A DNA stretch of 64,000 nt from an uncultured Candidatus Saccharibacteria bacterium (GTDB taxonomy: Bacteria; Patescibacteriota; Saccharimonadia; Saccharimonadales; Saccharimonadaceae), in the NCBI GenBank assembly GCA_963548065.1, contig CAUUSZ010000001.1, positions 22,594 to 86,593 on the forward strand, read 5' to 3'. The notes beneath the pieces were generated by a model. That model was not told the origin of the DNA. It was given only the letters and a program-made list of their open reading frames with translations, and searched no databases. A program made the position numbers and the translations under genes. Of this stretch, positions 1 through 9,782 are shown piece after piece (the first letter of the stretch is position 1; the number at the start of each line of letters is the position of its first letter).

Positions 1-349
1 TGCAAACAAATTGTTTCTTATTTTGTTTTTTTCTTAGTTATCCCTGTTATCTCGGTATCCCTCACCATTCTAGGGCAGCCCTTTGCTTGTTGTGTTATAT
101 GCCACCTCTCAGGTTATTTTTATTACCTCTGCCACGCGCTTACTTCTAAGTTATTCGCCAAGATGGCACGAGCCGTTGCTGACTACATCAGAGGTATGCA
201 CAGCGCTCACTGATTGATGCCTGAGGTGAGACTCTGATAACTCGCATAGCACTTATGGCACACTGCTAACCATCAGTGGTAGCGAGGCTAATAGGGTGCT
301 GAAACAAGCGCCAAACTTGTTCTTCTTTCCATCCTCCCAAGACACCAAA

Positions 350-374
350 GCAAAAACCCTACCGTGTGGTAGGG
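350..374 (-). terminator. Intrinsic terminator downstream of tRNA-Met
   Basis: On the minus strand the hairpin CCCTACC-acac-GGTAGGG (357..374) is followed by TTTTTG (351..356). It lies directly 3' of the minus-strand tRNA. Confidence 0.6.
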
Positions 375-382
375 TCCTTACC

Positions 383-461
<79 letters not shown>

Positions 462-544
462 TTACGGTTCTTATTCTACCAGTGATGAATGCCGATTGTC
501 AAGGATTTACCACCTGAATATCAAGATTTCCGCTCCCCCGCTTG

Positions 545-1003
545 TTATTTATCCTTTTGCTGGGCCTGCTCAGCTGCACCACCAAAGAGGAAGGTCACCC
601 ACTGCTCGAAGTTGCTACTCTGTGTATCGGGGTTGGTAGGCTTATCGGTTGGTGGGTCGTGCGCCTCAGAGCTATTCTTGGGTAGCACGATCACCTTCTC
701 GCCAGGCGCCACCAAGCCGAGTTTCTCACGAGCAGCAAGCTCTTTGTACTCGTCACTCTCGCGGAAGTTCTTTTGGTATTGCAGCGTTTGCGTCTCAAGC
801 TCGGTGAGGACAAGCTGCCGCCGTTTCGTCTCTAGCTCGCGCTGCTGCGTGTAGTTCTGCTGGAGACGTGCCACCGACTGCCAGGCAAGGTATGTCGCAA
901 TCACGAGCGCAAGCGCCAGCACAATGGTATTGAGCTGGAGGTAATCATGCTTGATCTTGTAGATGATATGGCGCTTGGTAGTGTCGCTGAACACAAACTT
1001 CAT
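545..1003 (-). CDS. Septum formation initiator family protein (FtsB/DivIC-like)
   Basis: The 152 aa ORF has an N-terminal TM helix (LNTIVLALALVIATYLAW) followed by a coiled-coil region (QQRELETKRRQLVLTELETQTLQYQ) and ESDEYKELAAREKLGLVAPGEKVIV, the typical DivIC/FtsB layout. A TATAAT sits 8 nt upstream of the ATG. Confidence 0.7.
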   Translation of the reverse strand: MKFVFSDTTKRHIIYKIKHDYLQLNTIVLALALVIATYLAWQSVARLQQNYTQQRELETKRRQLVLTELETQTLQYQKNFRESDEYKELAAREKLGLVAPGEKVIVLPKNSSEAHDPPTDKPTNPDTQSSNFEQWVTFLFGGAAEQAQQKDK

Positions 1004-1142
1004 AGGCTTCTATTATACCGTAGACCACGCAGTTGCTGCAAAAGCTGCGGCTAGCAAAAAACACGCTGCGCACCACAATTTTGGTTAAAAATTCGCTCAT
1101 AGACTTGCCAGGTGTCGACCTCTGTGCTATAACCAATGCAAG

Positions 1143-1769
1143 ATGACATACAAACAACCTTCTCAAGAGGCTGCTCGACAACACAGCCTGGAGTCTTCAA
1201 CGCCACCAAAAACGGTGGTTAGTGTTGCCACATACATGGTAGGTCAGATGGCAGTACAGGGTGAGCTATTTAGTGATGATAGCGTTATCTCTCATCCGGC
1301 CGATCATGAACAAACCGAGCCTATACCCGCAATACATCCCAACACTCATACCACAGGCGGCTCTACCTCTGAAACACAGCCAAAGAGGCCTACATTTGAT
1401 GATCTCCTTGCCCGACAACGCTCTGTTAATGCGCTTGAGCGCAAACGCACTCGTCGTTCCACCCCCGAACTCGTCAATGCTTGGCGAGAGCTCGATCACG
1501 CCATTGCCGACCATCTTTTTGGCATGTCGCCACAAGAATATGAAAAGTGCCGCACTGAGGCGACGGAGCAATTCTATGCAATCGTTGCATACCGCCGAAA
1601 AGTACGTGATGCCGCTAAAACCACTCACCCATCCCAAACCGCCGCTCAGCACAGCAATAGGCCAGAGCGAAGCGCACGAGAAAGATTTTTCAGCCCCCAG
1701 GATGCCGCCGCTGGAGAATATGTAGTGCGTCCAAAACTACCAAAAACCCCTAAGAAGCTCGACTACTAG
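1143..1769 (+). CDS. Hypothetical protein
   Basis: This is a 208 aa ORF in an otherwise unoccupied interval with a plausible charged, helical C-terminal half. No recognisable motif was found. Confidence 0.45.
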   Translation: MTYKQPSQEAARQHSLESSTPPKTVVSVATYMVGQMAVQGELFSDDSVISHPADHEQTEPIPAIHPNTHTTGGSTSETQPKRPTFDDLLARQRSVNALERKRTRRSTPELVNAWRELDHAIADHLFGMSPQEYEKCRTEATEQFYAIVAYRRKVRDAAKTTHPSQTAAQHSNRPERSARERFFSPQDAAAGEYVVRPKLPKTPKKLDY

Positions 1770-1813
1770 TAGCATATACACCAATAATACGGTATAATGT
1801 GGCAAGTGAATCT

Positions 1814-1889
1814 GGGGGCGTAGCTCAGTGGTCAGAGCAGCGGGCTCATAACCTGTTGGCCGCTGGTTCAAGTCCAGCCGCCCCCACCA
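1814..1889 (+). tRNA. tRNA with CAT anticodon (elongator Met or lysidine-modified Ile2)
   Basis: GGGGGCGTAGCTCAGTGGTCAGAGCAGCGGGCTCATAACCTGTTGGCCGCTGGTTCAAGTCCAGCCGCCCCCACCA. The acceptor GGGGGCG pairs with CGCCCCC, the anticodon loop is CTCATAA, the T-loop is TTCAAGT and CCA is encoded. A TATAAT at 1793..1798 lies about 15 nt upstream. Confidence 0.9.
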
Positions 1890-1908
1890 TTGCAAAGATT
1901 AGTCATAG

Positions 1909-1931
1909 CACGCCCATAGTGGCGTGTTTTT
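1909..1931 (+). terminator. Intrinsic terminator after tRNA
   Basis: The hairpin CACGCC-catagt-GGCGTG is followed by TTTTT. Confidence 0.7.
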
Positions 1932-2221
1932 AGTATATGCAAACGGTATAAAATTATTTACCTCTCAGTACGCAGCGCCACCAGCATCCAGTTCTACAAG
2001 TGCCTTTGCCTTGCTCACACTCCCTCTCGCACTCCTCTCGCTGCGAGAGGTACAAAATGAGAGAAAAGCCACAATTCATGCCAAACATCGCGCTCTAGCG
2101 CTCTGAGTGGTGCGAGAGCGTGCTTCTCCGTACGAGACTTAGTTTCTCGTCACGCGGTATAGGCTCGCAGCTCACTCCATCTCATACTCCGCTTACTTTG
2201 TAATCCTCGCATATACCAAGC

Positions 2222-2257
2222 CAACAAAAAGACCCTTCCGCTATAGAAAGGTCTTTT
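2222..2257 (-). terminator. Intrinsic terminator after the 82 aa gene
   Basis: The minus strand reads GAAAAGACCTTTC-tatagcg-GAAGGGTCTTTTTGTT: a roughly 10 bp stem with one mismatch, then a T-run, 20 nt past the stop at 2277. Confidence 0.6.
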
Positions 2258-2276
2258 CCATATACACGTGTCCGGG

Positions 2277-2525
2277 TTATTTGGCAGCTTTGGCAGCTTT
2301 TTTGGCGGGCTTTGCTGCATCTTTCTTGGCAGCAAAGGGGAACTTGTTGCGCGAGTGCTCCTTCACGTAGTAACCCTCAGGCATGTCGCACGGCTCACCT
2401 TTGCCGTTGTTTGGTGATTTGCAAAAGTAGTAAATCGTCCGTTTTACGCCACCGCGCAATACTGCATCTTTTTGCGTGTGCAAGTAGTATGTAGTACCAT
2501 TCGAACTAGTATATTTGTAAGCCAT
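2277..2525 (-). CDS. Small basic protein with Lys/Ala-rich tail (hypothetical)
   Basis: The 82 aa ORF has a strong SD (AGGAGGAGCACT-ATG) and its own terminator. The C-terminal AAKKDAAKPAKKAAKAAK resembles histone-H1-like AKKA tails. Confidence 0.7.
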   Translation of the reverse strand: MAYKYTSSNGTTYYLHTQKDAVLRGGVKRTIYYFCKSPNNGKGEPCDMPEGYYVKEHSRNKFPFAAKKDAAKPAKKAAKAAK

Positions 2526-2803
2526 AGTGCTCCTCCTATTTGATCTTACAAAACCTAGCCTACATGCTCATAAAATGGATGTCAACACTTTGGCAGCAAT
2601 TTTTTACAGAGATGGCGACCATAGACGCGCAATTTTGCTTTTTGCTTATGGTTATTGTGTATGATAGATGTTGGTACTATTTTTGTACGATAAACAGGGG
2701 TCAAGCATAAATTTTATGGAGCACCGAGCGAACGCTCGCTCAAGACCATCATGCGTGTTGTACGTGTTGTAAATTATGTTGTAGTTTTTTATTTTTTGGC
2801 TAT

Positions 2804-3439
2804 TTATTTCGCTGCTCGATACTGAATGCGCAGCATAATCCGCAAAATAATCATCCCCACAATACGCCCAAGAATGGCTGAGATGACCACGCCAGTGAGG
2901 AGAATCGTCCAGCCGGCGAAGTCGGGCGACCATAGTGGTGCGCTGAAGTTGTAGTGGTAGAGGCTGGTATCGGGCATCTTGGCAGTTTGGAGGCCAGCAT
3001 TGGTGCTGCTGAGCTTGCCCAGCTCTTCGTAGACGCAGCGTACATAGTCGATCGACCAGCTATGGAAGCGTGGCTTACACACTGCATCGGCCTTGGCGTT
3101 GGCGGTTTGGCCGGCGCGGTTGGTGGTGCTCATCGAGGCGTTGAGCGCGGCCTTGGCGTCGCGATTGTATTGCTCTTGTAGGTAGATAGGGCCAGTATCG
3201 GCATTCATATGCGCGGAGGCATATTGCTGGAGGTCGGCGATGCGCTGGCGAATCTGCTCCATATTGCCTGCCTTATCTGCCGAGAGCACTGCCCGCCGTC
3301 GCTCGGTCATCCCCACATTATTGAGCCGCAAGAAGGTCGCAGACAGCACAAGCAGCACCATAAGCAGTAGCACCAAGTGCCACATCTTGATGCGCCGGAG
3401 CCGCTTCATCGAGCGCTTGACTTGCTGTTTGTTTGCCAT
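2804..3439 (-). CDS. Hypothetical membrane protein (N- and C-terminal TM helices)
   Basis: The ORF is open to a GTG at 3463, and the first ATG is at 3439 (MANKQQ..). TM helices are WHLVLLLMVLLVLSATFL and GWTILLTGVVISAILGRIVGMIIL. The start is uncertain. Confidence 0.55.
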   Translation of the reverse strand: MANKQQVKRSMKRLRRIKMWHLVLLLMVLLVLSATFLRLNNVGMTERRRAVLSADKAGNMEQIRQRIADLQQYASAHMNADTGPIYLQEQYNRDAKAALNASMSTTNRAGQTANAKADAVCKPRFHSWSIDYVRCVYEELGKLSSTNAGLQTAKMPDTSLYHYNFSAPLWSPDFAGWTILLTGVVISAILGRIVGMIILRIMLRIQYRAAK

Positions 3440-3573
3440 GCTATGTACCCTGTGTATGCCCACTTATGCTTTGGCTCTAGTATAGCATAACCTCAATATT
3501 GCACCCAATGGCGCGAAGTGAAGTAATTATACTCACTAGCTACCTCTGGTGGTTTTGTGCCAGAGGCGGTACA

Positions 3574-4845
3574 ATGGAAGGTATGAATATCTACTTCTCT
3601 GGAATCGGCGGCGTGGGCCTGGGGCCATTGGCTGAGTTGGCACACGATGCAGGACACCATGTGCTTGGCTCGGATAGCCACATTGGACTCGAGACACAAG
3701 AGCTCGAGCAGCGTGGCATTTCCGTCTCACAAGACCAAACAGGCGAATACCTGGCCTATCGCCACGAGCAAACCCCCATCGATTGGTTTATCTATACAGC
3801 AGCTTTACCACCCGATCACCCCGAGCTCGTCTTAGCGCACCGACTTGGCATCTACACTGCTAAGCGCGATGAGCTCCTCACTTATCTCATCAACGAAAAA
3901 GACCTCCAGCTCATCGCCATCGCTGGCACCCACGGCAAGACGACGACAACTGGCCTGATGGTGTGGGCACTGCGCCAGCTGGGCGAGCCAGTAAGTTACT
4001 CGGTGGGTACAACATTGAGTTTTGGCCCCAGTGGGCATTATGTGCCAGGTAGTCGCTACTTTGTGTATGAGTGTGATGAGTTTGACCGCAACTTTTTGCA
4101 ATTCCACCCTTATCTCACGCTGCTTACCTCTGTTGACTACGACCACCCGGACACCTACCCTACCAAGCAGGATTACACCGATGCCTTCAGCCGCTTCCTC
4201 GAGCAGAGCGAATATACCATCATGTGGCAGCGCGATGCCGACGCAGGCGTTGTGCCACCACGGCGACGGGCGCGTGTCTTGGAAGATGAGGATGTGCAGC
4301 AATTTACCCTCGCAGGGGCCCACAACCGAGCAAACGCAACACTGGTGGCAACGGCGTGCAAGCAGCTCAGGCTTGGCTCACCCGAGCACATTCGAGCGGC
4401 TATCAATACCTTCCCGGGAGTGCAGCGACGCTTTGAGCGGCTTGGGCCTGGGCTGTATAGCGATTATGGCCACCACCCGGTAGAAATCGCCGCAACATTG
4501 CAAATGGCACGAGAATTGTCCGACCACGTTGTGCTGGTGTATCAGCCACATCAAAACGTCCGTCAGCATGAGATCCGCCAGCAATACACCGACTGTATGG
4601 AGCGCGCCGAGCAAATCTATTGGCTGCCAACCTACCTCAGCCGCGAAGACCCAGCCTTGCCTATTCTCACTCCACAGCAACTGACTGAGCAACTAACAAA
4701 CCGTAGTAGTGTTCACTATGCCGAGCTCGATGATGCCTTGTGGCACGTCATCCAAACTGCCCGCGCTGAGGGCAAGCTTGTGCTCTGCATGGGCGCAGGC
4801 ACGATTGATGGCTGGGTACGGCAGCGGCTCGCACAACAGGGGTAA
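3574..4845 (+). CDS. murC: Mur ligase, UDP-N-acetylmuramate--L-alanine ligase-like
   Basis: The N-terminus MNIYFSGIGGVGLGPLAELAHDAGHHVLGSD is a Rossmann-like MurC N-domain, and IAIAGTHGKTTTTGLM is the Mur ligase P-loop. The ATG at 3574 is preceded by GAGGCGG. An Mpl-type ligase cannot be excluded. Confidence 0.75.
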   Translation: MEGMNIYFSGIGGVGLGPLAELAHDAGHHVLGSDSHIGLETQELEQRGISVSQDQTGEYLAYRHEQTPIDWFIYTAALPPDHPELVLAHRLGIYTAKRDELLTYLINEKDLQLIAIAGTHGKTTTTGLMVWALRQLGEPVSYSVGTTLSFGPSGHYVPGSRYFVYECDEFDRNFLQFHPYLTLLTSVDYDHPDTYPTKQDYTDAFSRFLEQSEYTIMWQRDADAGVVPPRRRARVLEDEDVQQFTLAGAHNRANATLVATACKQLRLGSPEHIRAAINTFPGVQRRFERLGPGLYSDYGHHPVEIAATLQMARELSDHVVLVYQPHQNVRQHEIRQQYTDCMERAEQIYWLPTYLSREDPALPILTPQQLTEQLTNRSSVHYAELDDALWHVIQTARAEGKLVLCMGAGTIDGWVRQRLAQQG

Positions 4846-4945
4846 ATAAACACTTCAAAAGTATTGACGAGTTCTCACACCGCCACTGCTATCCGCGAGT
4901 GGTGGTGGTTGTGGTGAGTTGTAGTGGCCTCAGCCAGGGTGTGAC

Positions 4946-5287
4946 TTACCGATCATCCCCACTGCCCTGCAGCTGACCACGCTGCTGGCGGCTGGCCAGT
5001 TTGGCGTTGTTGCACCGGGCAACCTCCTCAAGGCTCGAACCAAGCAAGTGCGCCACCGCCGTCACATACCACAAAATATCGCCCAGTTCTTTGACAATCG
5101 CTTGCTTGTCTACCTCTGTTATCTCACCCTTCTGATCGCGCAGGATCTTCTTGAACTTCTCAAGCACCTCGCCCGATTCACCACCCAGACCTAGCACCAT
5201 ACCCATTAGTTGGGCATTGGCATCACCATAGGCATAGTCGCTGCTCAGGGTAGTGATTGCTTGCTGTGCGTAGTCGTCGATCTTCAT
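4946..5287 (-). CDS. MazG-like nucleotide pyrophosphohydrolase
   Basis: This 113 aa all-helical protein has GLGGESGEVLEKFKK and ELGDILWYV, the EXXE/D motifs of small MazG/NTP-PPase proteins. The SD is AAGGAGG. Confidence 0.8.
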   Translation of the reverse strand: MKIDDYAQQAITTLSSDYAYGDANAQLMGMVLGLGGESGEVLEKFKKILRDQKGEITEVDKQAIVKELGDILWYVTAVAHLLGSSLEEVARCNNAKLASRQQRGQLQGSGDDR

Positions 5288-5299
5288 ATATCCTCCTTA

Positions 5300-5977
5300 T
5301 TATTGATCTAAAACGTCGTCAAACTCCTCAAAAAAGTATGGATCGCGAAAGAATGCCCGCGCTACAATCTGCTCCACTGCTGGTGCAAGCGTGTACTGCG
5401 CCAGTTTGTGTGGGCGCGCCCAAACGAGCCGTTCGTGTGGAGTAATACCATCAGTCGCCCCATAAAACACATGAGCCAGTGTGGTTGAGAGAATTGCCTT
5501 GTCTACCCAAACACGAATATAGCATTCGCCCGCATGCTGCAGCGCGAGATCCACAGTGCCAAGCTTCTCCGCCGCTTCGCGCTGAGCTGCCGCTTGGATA
5601 GATCTGTCATCGATGTGGAGTTTGCCGTAAGGGAGCGTCCAAGTATCAATGTAGGGCTGCTTGGTGCGCTGTTGGAGTAAGACGTCTCCATTGCTATTTT
5701 GCACCACGAGCATGGTTACGATCTTGGGCTGGGTCCGAACCAGCATGGTGTCTGTACTAACTCGATCGACATACGCCAAACCACGTGGTGCCAAGCTATA
5801 GCCACCTGGCACTTTTTGGACAAGCTGGTGCTGCAGCAATACCTTGAGGTGGTAGCTAAAGAGATTGGTATCCACCCGTGGCGGGCGCAGATCACGAAAG
5901 CGAGCCATCTTGCGGTAGCACAGCACACTGAGAATTCGCCTTTGGATGTGGTGGTTAATCGTATCTTGCTCAAACAT
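5300..5977 (-). CDS. Winged-helix DNA-binding domain fused to NUDIX hydrolase domain
   Basis: The N-terminus (RRILSVLCYRKMARFRDLRPPRVDTNLFSYHLKVLLQHQLV) looks like an ArsR/MarR-type wHTH. The C-terminal half has a Nudix-like segment GKLHIDDRSIQAAAQREAAEKLG. Confidence 0.7.
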   Translation of the reverse strand: MFEQDTINHHIQRRILSVLCYRKMARFRDLRPPRVDTNLFSYHLKVLLQHQLVQKVPGGYSLAPRGLAYVDRVSTDTMLVRTQPKIVTMLVVQNSNGDVLLQQRTKQPYIDTWTLPYGKLHIDDRSIQAAAQREAAEKLGTVDLALQHAGECYIRVWVDKAILSTTLAHVFYGATDGITPHERLVWARPHKLAQYTLAPAVEQIVARAFFRDPYFFEEFDDVLDQ

Positions 5978-6034
5978 ATTTGACTCAAATTATCCTATCT
6001 ATCCATATTTACTATAGCACGCTATGGTAGTGAT

Positions 6035-7351
6035 ATGAATAACCTGCCATATAATAGTCACCACAATAATAACCAATATAATCACACGCCAACGACTTGG
6101 CTGCCAGAACACAATTATCCACTACACACGTCACACGAACGAGGTATCACACCATCACCAGTCCAAAGTCAGCTGTGCCATATTGCACTGCAGAGTATGG
6201 AGATAAGCTGTGATCTGGCCGATGTAGTGCGCGTGCCACGCCGGCCCGGTGGCGAGCGCGAGAATGACGCAGAGCATAGTTGGTCGCTTGCCGCCCTTGC
6301 GCCAGAATTACGTGCCTGTCTCTATCCGCGGTTGGATAATGATACGGTGCAGCAATTTGCAACTGTCCACGAGCTGCTCGAGATTGCCACTGGCGATGTC
6401 GCAACGTTCGACCTTACCCCTGTGCAACTTTCCATCAAACAACAAAACGAGCAGCAAGCAGCTCACACATTATTACAGCGTCTTCCGCCCGTTATGCGTC
6501 AGGGGTTAGAGCGCTATGAAGCACAAAACACACCCGAAGCACGCTTTGTACGAGCAGTCGATAAGATTCTTCCAGTAGCGATGGATATTGTTGGGCAAGG
6601 GGTGCGGGTAGTCGAAGAGGACTATGGCATTAAAAATCTTGCTGAATTGCAAGCAGCACACGACAAGCTCATTGAGAGCTTCACTCAGCGATTTGGCACA
6701 GAATTTCCTGAGCTTGCTGAGCTGTATGCAAACCTCGCTTATCATTTTGAGACATGCTATGCACAAGAAAAATCTGCCGACATGATGAGTTCTCACGTCC
6801 CTGAGCGCCCTAATCAGCTCAAAGAAGTTGAGCGTAAATTTTTAGTCAATCTTGATAAGATACCAGCAGATATTGACTCATATGATCATATCGACATCAG
6901 TCAGGGCTATCTCGCGCACAGCAGCGATGGATCGGAGACACGCGTCCGGCGTTTTGGTGATGGGCAACGTTTTGAGCTCACAGTAAAATCGGGTGGTACT
7001 GTCGTGCGAGATGAGCAAAATATCATTATTAATGAAGCAACCTTTGCTTCGCTATGGCCACTCACCAAGGGCAAGCGCATCGAGAAAACACGCTACTATG
7101 TACCCTACACCGACCCTGATAGTAACGAGCATACAATCGAGCTTGATATCTACCACGGCAACCTTGAGGGGAAGCTCATCACTGCTGAAGTTGAGTTTCG
7201 TGGCCGCGAGACCGAGGCAACACTACGTGCTGAAACATTCTGCCCTCCCGAGTGGTGCAGCACAGATATTAGTTATGATCAACGCTACAAAAATAACGCA
7301 CTAGCGAGCCAGCAACACGGCATGCTAGAGCTCAGTCAGGTGAGTATGTAA
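6035..7351 (+). CDS. HD-domain phosphohydrolase fused to CYTH (triphosphate tunnel) domain
   Basis: The N-terminal half has ENDAEHSW ... HELLEIATGDV, which is YfbR-type HD 5'-nucleotidase-like. The C-terminal half starts with EVERKFLV and continues with ETRVRRF, ELTVK, RIEKTRY, IELDIY and AEVEF, the alternating-charge beta strands of CYTH. Confidence 0.8.
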   Translation: MNNLPYNSHHNNNQYNHTPTTWLPEHNYPLHTSHERGITPSPVQSQLCHIALQSMEISCDLADVVRVPRRPGGERENDAEHSWSLAALAPELRACLYPRLDNDTVQQFATVHELLEIATGDVATFDLTPVQLSIKQQNEQQAAHTLLQRLPPVMRQGLERYEAQNTPEARFVRAVDKILPVAMDIVGQGVRVVEEDYGIKNLAELQAAHDKLIESFTQRFGTEFPELAELYANLAYHFETCYAQEKSADMMSSHVPERPNQLKEVERKFLVNLDKIPADIDSYDHIDISQGYLAHSSDGSETRVRRFGDGQRFELTVKSGGTVVRDEQNIIINEATFASLWPLTKGKRIEKTRYYVPYTDPDSNEHTIELDIYHGNLEGKLITAEVEFRGRETEATLRAETFCPPEWCSTDISYDQRYKNNALASQQHGMLELSQVSM

Positions 7352-7369
7352 TCCTGCCACGGAGCGGTA

Positions 7370-8041
7370 CTACTGGCCATTACCGGTCGTCGCTCGCACG
7401 CAGCCAATCGCTTTCCCCTCACTCATCCAGCGCTGTTCGTAGGCGGTGAGCGTCTTGTATTCATCAGGTAGTGACGACTCGTGGAGATCGAAGGATAATT
7501 CGCGAATCGACCACTCTTGAGTGACGAGCTGCTCCAGGCTCCAGCAAAAGAAATCACGGTCGTCGTGCTTGAGCAAAAGCGAGCCACCAGGCCGTAGCAG
7601 CTGCTCGTACTGGCGCAAGAATGTTGGGTGAGTAAGACGCCGGCCAGCGCTGCGTCGCTTGGGGAATGGATCAGGAAAGGTCACCCACAACTGCTTGAGC
7701 GAGTGAGCGGCAAAGAGCTCGCCAATCTGATCGGCCCGAGCCCGTACAAACAGCACATTGGTGATGCCACGCTCAAGCGCCGCGTACGCCCCTTTTTGCA
7801 AGCGATCACCCTTAACATCCAGTGCCACAAACACCTCATCTGGGTGCTGTGCCGCTAGTTCCACACTAAACATCCCGGTGCCAGCACCGACCTCGAGCAC
7901 CGTCGCACTCTGCCGCACCTCTGATGCTGCCTGGCACCATTCGTCGTACTCGTAGCAGTTAGTGGCGTTATGAAACTTAGCAAAGCGATATTTCTTGCGT
8001 TTGCGAGTGATGATAAATTGCTGAGGGTCAAGATACGTCAT
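7370..8041 (-). CDS. trmB: tRNA (guanine46-N7)-methyltransferase
   Basis: VLEVGAGTGMFSVELAAQHPD is the SAM motif I, and WVTFPDPFPKRR is the TrmB signature. The start was chosen at ATG 8041 (MTYLDP) because a TATAAT sits exactly 6 nt upstream. The ORF is open up to 8095. Confidence 0.85.
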   Translation of the reverse strand: MTYLDPQQFIITRKRKKYRFAKFHNATNCYEYDEWCQAASEVRQSATVLEVGAGTGMFSVELAAQHPDEVFVALDVKGDRLQKGAYAALERGITNVLFVRARADQIGELFAAHSLKQLWVTFPDPFPKRRSAGRRLTHPTFLRQYEQLLRPGGSLLLKHDDRDFFCWSLEQLVTQEWSIRELSFDLHESSLPDEYKTLTAYEQRWMSEGKAIGCVRATTGNGQ

Positions 8042-8238
8042 GAGTCTATTATACCTGAATTGCATAGTCTCTCTCGTGGCAGCCCTACATTCCACGTTGT
8101 TTGGGTGAGGTATAAGAATTCGCTATTAACTCTCACAAGTTTTTCACTCTGGCGCTGATGAGCCAGCAGTCTGGAGAAATACTGCAAGTCTTTATTTAAT
8201 CTGGCGAAATTCTTAAATTTGACTCAGCTTATTATAAC

Positions 8239-8772
8239 CTACCTGAGCCGCTCCACTCCCCCACCCGGCAACACTCGCACCAAGCGTGATGGTGGCGTAT
8301 CAGTCGGCACAGTGCCACCATCATAATAGTAATCGACACCATCGTCAAAGTACGCACGAGCTTCGGCAATAGTGCGGGCGGGCGGCTGCCCCTCGAGATT
8401 AGCGCTGGGAGCAATCAACGGGCCAGTCTGGCGCAAGACCGCCTGGAGCCACGGCAGCTGTGGCTGGCGATAGGCCAGCATATCATTAGCGCGGCGTAAC
8501 CACCGCGGAGCATGGGGCGAATCGAGCAAGATACTCGTGGGCTGAGAGGTATCAAGCGACGGTAAGGTGGGTACATCGGCATAGGTTTGGCTGGCATCAG
8601 CCACAAGGATGATGGATGATTTATTGCTATCACGCCGCTTAAGTCGATACACCCGCGCTACTGCCGCTTCGTTATCTGCTCGGGCAACAATGCCATACAG
8701 TGTATCAGTCCGGAGTACTGCCACGCCACCACGCTGCAAGGTAAGCACAAGCTGGTTTAATTCATCATTCAC
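8239..8772 (-). CDS. tsaC: L-threonylcarbamoyladenylate synthase (YrdC/TsaC family)
   Basis: AVLRTDTLYGIVARADNEAAVARVYRLKRRDSNKSSIILV and APSANLEGQPPA are YrdC-domain motifs. The start is GTG. Confidence 0.8.
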   Translation of the reverse strand: MNDELNQLVLTLQRGGVAVLRTDTLYGIVARADNEAAVARVYRLKRRDSNKSSIILVADASQTYADVPTLPSLDTSQPTSILLDSPHAPRWLRRANDMLAYRQPQLPWLQAVLRQTGPLIAPSANLEGQPPARTIAEARAYFDDGVDYYYDGGTVPTDTPPSRLVRVLPGGGVERLR

Positions 8773-8792
8773 ATCTGTTATACTACCATATT

Positions 8793-9626
8793 ATGAAGCC
8801 AATTACCTCACCTGAGATCACTACACTAGAGATTATCATTATTATTATCGTGGCGATTGCACTGTATTGGGTGGGGCCACGCGTAGTGATGTGGCTGACA
8901 CGGCATGCCTTCGTTACCACATATCAGCGTACGCTGCCTAAGAAGGATCTCGAGAAGCGGCACAAGACGCTGGGCGGGCTCTTTGCTAATGTATGGCGCA
9001 TTATTGTCGTGGTGATTGCGGGCTATGCTATCTTTACTCATTTTTTCAATAGTGCAGCTCTTGCACCACTGTTTGCGAGCGCAGGGATTATTGGTGTTGC
9101 CTTCGGGTTTGGCGCGCAGTCGCTCGTTAAGGATTTTCTCTCAGGGGTATTTATTATTAGCGAAAACCAGTATCGGGTAGGAGATATTATCGAGATCGAT
9201 GGCTTTGGCGGGACGGTCGAGCGGATCGGCGTGCGCTCCACAGTGATCCGCGATGTCGAGGGCAATGTCCACTTCTTCCCTAATGGTGTGGTGCAGCATG
9301 TCATCAACAAGACGATGGGCTATAGCAAAGTATACTTCACCATTACCGTTGCACCTGACACCAACATTAGTACCGCCAGCGATATCATCAATCGGATTGG
9401 TGAGGAAATTTCTGGCGAGGAAAAATGGCAGCGCAAAGTGATCGAGCCACCACATTTCGACATTCTTGGCGACTTCAATGCGTCGTCGATTAGCCTCGTT
9501 GTCTCCGGCAAGACCCAGCCATCCGACCAGTGGGCCCTCACGGCCGAGATGCGGCGACGGATTCTGCGTGAGTTTGAAAAAGAGCACATCGAGCTCGGCG
9601 CAGCCTCGCCAGGCAAGCACAAATAA
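8793..9626 (+). CDS. Mechanosensitive ion channel (MscS family)
   Basis: TM helices are followed by LVKDFLSGVFIISENQYRVGDIIEIDGFGGTVERIGVRSTVIRDVEGNVHFFPNG, the MscS beta-domain signature. Confidence 0.85.
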   Translation: MKPITSPEITTLEIIIIIIVAIALYWVGPRVVMWLTRHAFVTTYQRTLPKKDLEKRHKTLGGLFANVWRIIVVVIAGYAIFTHFFNSAALAPLFASAGIIGVAFGFGAQSLVKDFLSGVFIISENQYRVGDIIEIDGFGGTVERIGVRSTVIRDVEGNVHFFPNGVVQHVINKTMGYSKVYFTITVAPDTNISTASDIINRIGEEISGEEKWQRKVIEPPHFDILGDFNASSISLVVSGKTQPSDQWALTAEMRRRILREFEKEHIELGAASPGKHK

Positions 9627-9782
9627 CCTCTATTGCGTATGCATTGCTCCCGCCACAACAAAAATTCATTCTGCGTAGCGGATCTCCTGCTGGGCTATTA
9701 TGCTTTAATGAAGCTCTGATCTCAAGGTATATGACCTCTGTTAAGACACATCGCGTATTTACCAATATAGTATAATACTCTC

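Noticed and set aside
1-349. A 350 nt ORF-free stretch at the window start might be a structured RNA (tmRNA, RNase P, 6S or SRP).
   Set aside because: I could not find any of the conserved cores on either strand: GGAGGAAAGTCC for RNase P, a tRNA-like 3' end for tmRNA, or the SRP domain IV motif. The region may simply be the 3' flank of a gene or element outside the window. It cannot be supported from sequence alone.
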